A stretch of DNA of 61,323 nt from Planctomycetaceae bacterium (lineage in GTDB: Bacteria; Planctomycetota; Planctomycetia; Pirellulales; UBA1268): contig JBJTQP010000191.1 of assembly GCA_046075685.1 (NCBI GenBank), forward strand, positions 1 to 61,323. Direction: 5' to 3'. Positions 52,083 to 61,323 of the stretch are shown in pieces. Position 1 is the first letter of the stretch; every line of letters starts with the position of its first letter. The translations under genes were made by a program, and so were the position numbers. The notes beneath the pieces are model-generated. The model was not told the DNA's origin, searched no databases, and was given only the letters and a program-made list of their open reading frames with translations.

Positions 52083-53528
52083 ATGGCCACGACCGTCCCC
52101 GTCTACCGCACCACTCCGACAGCCACCACGGGCATGCCGCCGGGCATTCCGTTCATCGTGGGCAACGAGGCCGCTGAGCGGTTTTCGTTCTACGGCATGA
52201 AGGCGATCCTCGTCGTGTTCATGACGCAGTACCTGCTGTCCAGCGACGGCCGCCCCGACTTCATGACCGAGACCACGTCTCGCGAGTGGATGCACATGTT
52301 CGTGGCCAGCGCCTACTTCTTCCCGGTGATCGGCGGCATCGTGGCCGACGCCTTTCTCGGCAAGTACCTGACGATCCTGCTGCTCTCGCTCGTCTACTGC
52401 GTCGGCCACCTGTGCCTGGCGCTGATGGATCTGCCGCAGCCGCTGCTGGCGGCCACGATGGAACCCAGGGGCTGGCTGCTCGCCGGGCTGGCCCTGATCG
52501 CGATCGGCGCCGGCGGGATCAAGCCCTGCGTCTCGGCCCACGTCGGCGACCAGTTCGGGAGGTCGAACGGGCACCTCCTCGAGCGGGTGTTCGGCTGGTT
52601 CTACTTCGCGATCAACTTCGGGTCGTTCTTCTCGACCCTGCTCACGCCCTGGCTGCTCGAGCACCACGGGCCCGGCTGGGCCTTCGGCGTGCCGGGCATC
52701 CTCATGGCGGTGGCCACGGTGGTGTTCTGGCTCGGCCGGCACCGCTTCGTGCACGTGCCGCCGCGCGGGCCCGCGTATTTCCAGGAGACCTTCGGCGCCG
52801 AGGGCCTCGGGGCGATCGCCCGGCTCGTGCCGCTCTACCTGCTGGTGGCCGTGTTCTGGTCGCTCTACGACCAGACGGGCGGCGCCTGGGTGCAGCAGGC
52901 TGAGCGGATGGATCGCACGTTTCTGGGCCGCGAGTGGTATGCGAGCCAGATCCAGGCGATCAACCCGCTGCTCGTGCTCGCCTTCATCCCGCTGTTCGGC
53001 ATGGTGATCTACCCGGCGGTGGGTCGGCTGGTCCCGTTCACGCCGCTTCGCCGCATCCTCGTCGGCTTCCTGCTCGCGGTCGCCGCCTTCGCGATCTCGG
53101 CGCGGGCCCAGGGACTGATCGACGCCGAGTCGGCCCGGCTGGCGGCCGGCGGGTTGGGTCCGGAAGCTGCCCGCTGGCCGTCCGTCGCCTGGCAGTTCGC
53201 CGCCTATGTGGTGATCACGGCCGCCGAGATTCTCGTCTCGATCACCTGCCTGGAGTTCAGTTACACCCAGGCCCCGCCGCAGATGAAGTCGCTCGTCATG
53301 AGCCTCTACCTGCTGAGCATCTCGCTCGGAAACCTTTTCACTGCCGCGGTCAACTTCCTCACCCGCGACGCCTCCGGCGAGTCGACGCTGACCGGCGCCT
53401 CGTACTATTGGTTCTTCACCGCCTGCATGGCGGTGGCGACCGCCCTGCTTGTTCCGGTAGTCTTGCGGTTCAAGCCGCGGGTGTATCTCCAGCAGGAGGC
53501 CGACGCGCCTTCGGCACGCCCCGGCTGA
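52083..53528 (+). CDS. Proton-dependent oligopeptide transporter (POT/PTR2, MFS)
   Basis: The ATG at 52083 gives the POT signature [17 protein letters not shown], followed by [12 protein letters not shown] and [17 protein letters not shown]. Confidence 0.9.
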   Translation: MATTVPVYRTTPTATTGMPPGIPFIVGNEAAERFSFYGMKAILVVFMTQYLLSSDGRPDFMTETTSREWMHMFVASAYFFPVIGGIVADAFLGKYLTILLLSLVYCVGHLCLALMDLPQPLLAATMEPRGWLLAGLALIAIGAGGIKPCVSAHVGDQFGRSNGHLLERVFGWFYFAINFGSFFSTLLTPWLLEHHGPGWAFGVPGILMAVATVVFWLGRHRFVHVPPRGPAYFQETFGAEGLGAIARLVPLYLLVAVFWSLYDQTGGAWVQQAERMDRTFLGREWYASQIQAINPLLVLAFIPLFGMVIYPAVGRLVPFTPLRRILVGFLLAVAAFAISARAQGLIDAESARLAAGGLGPEAARWPSVAWQFAAYVVITAAEILVSITCLEFSYTQAPPQMKSLVMSLYLLSISLGNLFTAAVNFLTRDASGESTLTGASYYWFFTACMAVATALLVPVVLRFKPRVYLQQEADAPSARPG

Positions 53529-53578
53529 ACCGCCGCACACCCTTCGATCCCCCGACTCGACCCGCGAAAGGACTCCGC

Positions 53579-54502
<924 letters not shown>

Positions 54503-54583
54503 ACCCGCCCGCGCCGGCGGGCACGCGGCCTGCGGCTGGATTGACCTTCGAGCCGGTCAGCCGCTAGAGTTCCGACCCCTCCC

Positions 54584-54617
54584 CGCCTCCGCCCGCCTCC
54601 GCCCGCCTCCGCCCGCC
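54584..54617. repeat. 10-bp tandem repeat (cgcctccgcc, about 3.4 copies) 10 nt upstream of the SET-domain gene start
   Basis: Read directly as cgcctccgcc cgcctccgcc cgcctccgcc cgcc. Confidence 0.85.
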
Positions 54618-54627
54618 GCTGCCACCG

Positions 54628-55098
54628 ATGCCCGCCGACGACCTGCGGACGCTTGCGTCCGAATCCGCCTCGCACGACCGCCTGCTCCGCATCGCCGAGA
54701 CTCCCGTCGGCAGGGGCGTGTTCGCCCGCCGGCGGATTCCGGCGGATACCGTCCTCGGTGAAGTCCGCGGCACGATCCTCGATGATCATCCCGACGACTC
54801 CAGTTACGTCATGGAACTGCCGGGCGGGAGGCTGCTCGATCCGTCGCCGCCGTTCCGCTTCGTCAATCATGGTTGCGATCCCAACTGCGAACTTTTCTAC
54901 TGGGAGGCTGAGCCCGGACAGGCGGAGGAAGAGCGGCTGTGGATACAGACGATCCGGCCCATCAAGGCGGACGAGGAGCTCCTGATCGACTACAGCTGGC
55001 CGGCCGACGCGGCGATCCCGTGCCGCTGCGGGGCGACGGCCTGCAGGGGCTGGATCGTCGATCCCGCGGAGAGGCACCTGGTCGAGAGCGGCGGCTGA
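54628..55098 (+). CDS. SET-domain protein (putative protein-lysine methyltransferase)
   Basis: It has RFVNHGCDPNC, ELLIDYSW and the post-SET-like CRCGATACRGW. Confidence 0.85.
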   Translation: MPADDLRTLASESASHDRLLRIAETPVGRGVFARRRIPADTVLGEVRGTILDDHPDDSSYVMELPGGRLLDPSPPFRFVNHGCDPNCELFYWEAEPGQAEEERLWIQTIRPIKADEELLIDYSWPADAAIPCRCGATACRGWIVDPAERHLVESGG

Positions 55099-57380
55099 CC
55101 GGCCCGGCGTTCGGGATCCGTTCCTGGCATCCGGCCGGCTGGCTGGCGGCGGCCTGCCTGACGGTCGTGGCGATCGTGGGCATCTCGCGGCTGCAGGTCG
55201 ACGAGGACCTGCGGTCGCTGATCCGCAACGCCGGCGGGGAGTTCGACCTCGTCGACGAGGTGGCGCGGGTCTTCGGCCCCCCCGACCGCGACTGCATCGT
55301 GCGGGCGACCGCGCGGGGCGGTGACGTCTTCGAGGCCGCCTCGCTGGCCGCCCTCGACACGCTCGCCGCGCGGCTCCGCGGGCTCGAGGACGTCGCGCAG
55401 GTGCGGAGCATCTTCGACGTGCGCCGCGAGGGGATCGCCGGCGCGGTGCTGCCCGTGATCCCCCGGCGGTCGGAGCCGCTCGACGCCGACACGCTCGCGG
55501 CGGCGCGGCGACGGGCGACGCGGCACCCGCTCGTGGCGGGCCACCTGCTCTCGGCCGACGCCTCGTCGTCGCTGCTGCTCGTGCAGCTTGCGGCGGGCGC
55601 CGACCGGCCGCCGGCATCGTCCGCGGCGGTGGCCCGGATCGAGGCCGTGCTCGCCGAGTCCGCCGCGGTCGGCGGGCCGCTGACGCTCGAGCTCACCGGG
55701 CTGCCGGCGCTGCGGGAGCAGGCCGCCAGGGCGCTGCGGCGCGACATGCTGATCTTCAACTCGCTGGGCCTGTCGCTGGCGGTGGCCCTCTCGGCGGCGA
55801 TGGCCCGGAGCCTGCGGTCCACGCTCGTGGCCTGCGTGCCGCCGTTCGTGGGCGCGGTCTGGGCCCTCGGGACGCTCGGACTCCTCGGGGCGCCGGTGAC
55901 GATTCTCACCAGCGTGGTGCCCTCGCTGGCGCTGATCGTCGGCACCTGCGATTCGATCCACTTCATCGAGGACATGCGGCGGAGCGTCCGCCGCGGCATC
56001 GCCCCGCTCGCCGCATCGACGGGGGCCGTGCGCCGGATCGGGGCCGCCTGCGGGCTGACCAGCATCGTCACGGCGATCGGCTTCGCGTCGCTGGTGGTCG
56101 CACGGATCGACGCCGTCCGCACGTTCGGGATCGCGGCGGCGATCGGCGCCCTGGCCAGCTTCCTGGCGGTCACCCTGCTGACGCCGCTGCTCGCGGCGAC
56201 GCCGTTCTGCAGCGGCCTGCGACTGGGCCGGTCGTCGCGGCGGGCCGGTCGGGCCGCCAACCTGCTGGCGGCCTTCTCGGTGCGGCACGCGCGGCCGCTC
56301 GCCGCGCTCGCCTGCTGCCTGACACTGGCGCTCGCGCTGGCCGGCTCCGGCCTCGACGCCGACAACCGGATCGTCGATTCGCTTCCCGCCAACGCCGGGG
56401 CGTCGCGGGCCCTGGCCAGCGTCGACGCGGAGTTCGGCGGCGCCATGGGGATCGACGTGCTCGTCCAGTGGCCTGCCGACGTGGACTGGCGCGACGCCGC
56501 GGTGCTCGATGCGCTCCGCCGTGCGGAGGCGGCGATCGGCGACCACGAGGGCGTCTCGAGGCCGATGTCGCTGGCGACCGTCGTCGGCGGCATGCCCCCC
56601 CGGGCCCGGCGCCGCCTCGCCGCCGCCGACGTGGCGGACCTCGTGGCGGCCGACGCCCGGATGGCGCTGGTGCGGGCCCGGGTCGCCGACCTCGGTTCGC
56701 GGCGGCTGGAGGGCATCTACGGCCGCATCGAGGCGTCGCTCGCCGCCCTCGAACGCGACCTGCCGGGCTGGCGGTTCCGCCTGGCCGGGATGTCGGTCGT
56801 GTCGGCCCGCAACATCCGCCAGCTCGTCCGCGACCTCGGCTCGAGCCTCGTCGTCGAGGTGCTCGTCATCGGCTGCATCCTCGCGGTCGCCTTCCGCTCA
56901 CCGCTGGCCGGCATCGTCAGCATGGTGCCCAACGTGTTTCCGCTGGCCGTGATCGCCACGCTGCTGGTGCTCGGCGGCCGCGCCCTCGACCCGGCCACGG
57001 TGATCGTGTTCAACGTCTGCCTCGGGCTCGCGGTGGACGACACGGTGCACGTGCTCTCGGCCCTGTCGCGTCACCGCCGCGACGGCGTGCCGGTGGCCGG
57101 CGCCGTCCGGCGGGCCGTGGCAGAAACGGGCAATGCGGTCATGATCGGCGGCGTGGTGCTGATGGTGGGCTTCGCCGTAGTGGCGGCCAGCAGCGTGCCG
57201 TCGCTGGCCGGCTTCGGGCGGCTCGCCTGTGCCGCGGTGGCCGCCGCCACGCTCGCGGAGCTCGTCTTCCTCCCGGCCCTCCTGGTGGTCACCGACGGCC
57301 TGGTGTCACGCTGGCGGCCGATGTCCCGCGACGGGATCTTCGGTCCGCCGCTCGCCTGGCCGGCCGGCCAGCGGGCCTAG
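55020..57380 (+). CDS. RND-superfamily / MMPL-type membrane transporter (start uncertain)
   Basis: It has two blocks of about 6 TM helices separated by soluble loops and sterol-sensing/MMPL-like text (ILTSVVPSLALIVGTCDSIHFIED, VFNVCLGLAVDDTVHVL). No ATG follows the SET stop. Candidate starts are the GTG at 55020 (79-nt overlap) or the CTG at 55095. Confidence 0.75.
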   Translation: MPLRGDGLQGLDRRSRGEAPGRERRLTGPAFGIRSWHPAGWLAAACLTVVAIVGISRLQVDEDLRSLIRNAGGEFDLVDEVARVFGPPDRDCIVRATARGGDVFEAASLAALDTLAARLRGLEDVAQVRSIFDVRREGIAGAVLPVIPRRSEPLDADTLAAARRRATRHPLVAGHLLSADASSSLLLVQLAAGADRPPASSAAVARIEAVLAESAAVGGPLTLELTGLPALREQAARALRRDMLIFNSLGLSLAVALSAAMARSLRSTLVACVPPFVGAVWALGTLGLLGAPVTILTSVVPSLALIVGTCDSIHFIEDMRRSVRRGIAPLAASTGAVRRIGAACGLTSIVTAIGFASLVVARIDAVRTFGIAAAIGALASFLAVTLLTPLLAATPFCSGLRLGRSSRRAGRAANLLAAFSVRHARPLAALACCLTLALALAGSGLDADNRIVDSLPANAGASRALASVDAEFGGAMGIDVLVQWPADVDWRDAAVLDALRRAEAAIGDHEGVSRPMSLATVVGGMPPRARRRLAAADVADLVAADARMALVRARVADLGSRRLEGIYGRIEASLAALERDLPGWRFRLAGMSVVSARNIRQLVRDLGSSLVVEVLVIGCILAVAFRSPLAGIVSMVPNVFPLAVIATLLVLGGRALDPATVIVFNVCLGLAVDDTVHVLSALSRHRRDGVPVAGAVRRAVAETGNAVMIGGVVLMVGFAVVAASSVPSLAGFGRLACAAVAAATLAELVFLPALLVVTDGLVSRWRPMSRDGIFGPPLAWPAGQRA

Positions 57381-57426
57381 CAGACTCTGGAACGGGTCTT
57401 TCCGGGCAGAATGCCCGTCGCGAGCG

Positions 57427-59025
57427 TCAGGCGGTCTCGGCGACGATCCGCTCCAGCGTCTCGACGGTGCGCACGATCTGCTCCTCGGTGTGTTCGCAGG
57501 TCAGGAAAAACCGCACCCGCGCGGCGGACTCGCGAACCGCGGGATAGAGGATCGGGCGGGCGTTGATGCCCTCCTCGAGAAGCCGCTGTGACACCAGCAT
57601 CGCCCGCGACGAGCTGCCGAGGATCACGGGGATCACGGGCGTGTCGCCGCTGGTGCCGGTGTCGAGGCCCACGTCATGGCAGAGCTTGAGGAACAGGTCG
57701 GATCGCTCCCGCAGCCGGGCGAGCCGCCACGGCTCCCGACCGATCACGCGGATCGCCTCCAGGGCGGCGGCGGCGTTGGCCGGCGAGCAGGCGGTGGAGA
57801 ACACGAACGAGGGCGTGGTGTGGCCGAGGTAGTGGATCAGCCGCTCCGGGCCGGCCAGATAGCCGCCCTGGGCCCCGAGCGCCTTGCTGATGGTGCCCAT
57901 CCAGAGATCGCCTTCGCGGGAGTCGACGCCGAAGAAGTCGCAGATGCCGCGGCCGCCGGGGCCCATCGTGCCGATCGAATGGGCCTCGTCGACGTACAGC
58001 AACGCGTCATGACGCCGCTTGACGTCGAGGAAGGCGGGCAGGTCGGGATAGTCGCCGTCCATGCTGTAGACGCCCTCGATCGCCACCACCACGCGGCGAT
58101 ACCTGCTCCGCAGGTCGCGGAGCAGGCCATCGAGTTGGCGGTGGTCGTTGTGGCGGAACGACCGCTTGCCGGCCTTGGAGAGCGCGGCGCCCTGCGCGAT
58201 GCTCATGTGCGCGAGTTCGTCGTAGAGGATCAGGTCGCCCTCGCCGAACAGATGGCCGAACACCGAGGCATTGGTGCCGAAGCCGCACGGAAACATCGCG
58301 GCCCGCTCGGTCCCGATGAAGGCGGCGAGTTCGGCGTCGAGGTCATCGAGAACCGTGTTGTTGCCGCCGACCATGCGGCTGGCCGAGGCGCTGCAGCCGA
58401 AGATGTCGATCGCCGCCTTGGCGGCCCGCTTGACGTCGGCGTGGCCGGCGAGACCGAGATAATCGAAGCTCGTGTAGGCGATCGTCTCGCGGCCGCGGAT
58501 CGTGGCCACGCGGCCGGCAACCCGCTCATTCGCGATCAGAAAGGGGCTCTCCAGCCCGGCGGCATCGAGCGCGGCGAAGCGATCCTCGAGTGCCCGGCAC
58601 TCCGGCCACGGATCGCCGTTCGCGGCCGCGGCGACAGGCAGGCTGGTGGCGGCGCCGGTCGCTGCGGCCGCCCCCGGTGCCTCGGACCGGTCGGCAGCGT
58701 CGAACATGTGCTCGGCGATCCGCTCCACCAGGTCGCCGCAGGTGCGGATGCCGGTCAGCCAGGAGGCGTGAAACCGCATCTCGTAGCGGCCCTCGAGCAC
58801 TCCGACCGCGTCGAGGAACCGATCGGCGTCGATGCCGGCATCGGCGATCACGGTCGTGGTGGCGAGCCGGGGAAGCAGGCCGGCTGGACGCACCTGCTCG
58901 AGCGTCTCCAGCACCACCTCGGCGATGGCCGCCCGCCCGTGGGCGCCCGGCAGGCCGCGGACGCAGCCCACGGCGACGGCGGGGAAGGAGCCACTGGGTG
59001 CTGTCTGCATGATGTCGACGGCCAT
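57427..59025 (-). CDS. Alpha-oxoamine synthase (BioF / serine-palmitoyltransferase-like) with an N-terminal ACP-like domain lacking the Ser
   Basis: The C-terminal ~400 aa have YVDEAHSIG and the PLP-lysine motif GTISKALGAQGGY. The N-terminal ~110 aa resemble a carrier protein, but the motif reads DAGIDADRF instead of DxGxDSL. Confidence 0.85.
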   Translation of the reverse strand: MAVDIMQTAPSGSFPAVAVGCVRGLPGAHGRAAIAEVVLETLEQVRPAGLLPRLATTTVIADAGIDADRFLDAVGVLEGRYEMRFHASWLTGIRTCGDLVERIAEHMFDAADRSEAPGAAAATGAATSLPVAAAANGDPWPECRALEDRFAALDAAGLESPFLIANERVAGRVATIRGRETIAYTSFDYLGLAGHADVKRAAKAAIDIFGCSASASRMVGGNNTVLDDLDAELAAFIGTERAAMFPCGFGTNASVFGHLFGEGDLILYDELAHMSIAQGAALSKAGKRSFRHNDHRQLDGLLRDLRSRYRRVVVAIEGVYSMDGDYPDLPAFLDVKRRHDALLYVDEAHSIGTMGPGGRGICDFFGVDSREGDLWMGTISKALGAQGGYLAGPERLIHYLGHTTPSFVFSTACSPANAAAALEAIRVIGREPWRLARLRERSDLFLKLCHDVGLDTGTSGDTPVIPVILGSSSRAMLVSQRLLEEGINARPILYPAVRESAARVRFFLTCEHTEEQIVRTVETLERIVAETA

Positions 59026-59243
59026 CGGAACTCAGCCCTCCATGGCTCGACCGCCCTCGGGCTGTCCGACGTCGTATCGAGCGAATCGCACTATACGGCA
59101 ATCACCGGAAACCGAAACCCACGGCGCGGCCGTCGTCGAGAAAAAATGCGTTGACAGTGCCCGCGCATGGGAAAGTCTTCCAGCCGTACGGAATGTACGG
59201 CCCACCGCAGGGAGGCGGAGTCGAGGCTTCGATGCGGCCGGGA

Positions 59244-61323
<2,080 letters not shown>

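Noticed and set aside
59184-59201. The hairpin gccgtac-attcc-gtacggc downstream of acnA as a terminator.
   Set aside because: It is only a 7-bp stem with no following U-tract on the minus strand. That is insufficient to call an intrinsic terminator.

Overview
This is a 61.3-kb, gene-dense, very GC-rich window (about 70% by eye, not computed). Several hallmarks suggest a Planctomycetota-type chromosome, which is an inference. These are DUF1559 proteins with the prepilin-like N-terminus [34 protein letters not shown] anchors, autotransporter-associated beta-strand repeat proteins with dockerin-like loops, and an MfnB/DUF556-like gene. I call 45 protein-coding genes (two partial at the window edges), one tRNA-Ser(CGA), several short perfect tandem repeats, and two tentative promoter/operator sites. 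I saw no rRNA, CRISPR array, transposase, integrase, phage gene or recognisable defence gene. Housekeeping genes include rho, glpK, rnd, GTP-PEPCK, ggt, aconitase and two trans-sulfuration PLP enzymes. They are interspersed with lineage-specific surface and hypothetical genes. The most unusual block is a roughly 10-kb minus-strand cluster (25719-35987) under a GntR gene. It contains three mosaic PEP-CTERM beta-helix proteins, a DUF1559 plus lipoprotein pair, and a secreted hydrolase trio (Cys-Ntn hydrolase, GATase1-like protein, M14/AstE-like deacylase). Other points of interest:
- A 1321-aa orphan secreted protein.
- A translationally coupled STN-like plus 24-residue-repeat protein pair.
- Two RGG/RS-type low-complexity proteins, one of which is Rho.
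- An MfnB-like protein fused to a PHA-granule-regulator-like domain.
- A long-form glutamate racemase with a signal peptide.
- An oxoamine synthase with a Ser-less ACP-like domain.
- A perfect 68-bp tandem repeat next to the tRNA.

Many long ORFs in the six-frame track are Arg/Pro/Gly-rich shadow frames caused by the GC content, and I reject them. All family assignments come from motifs read in the translations. No database search was run, and none of the proposed systems is proven.
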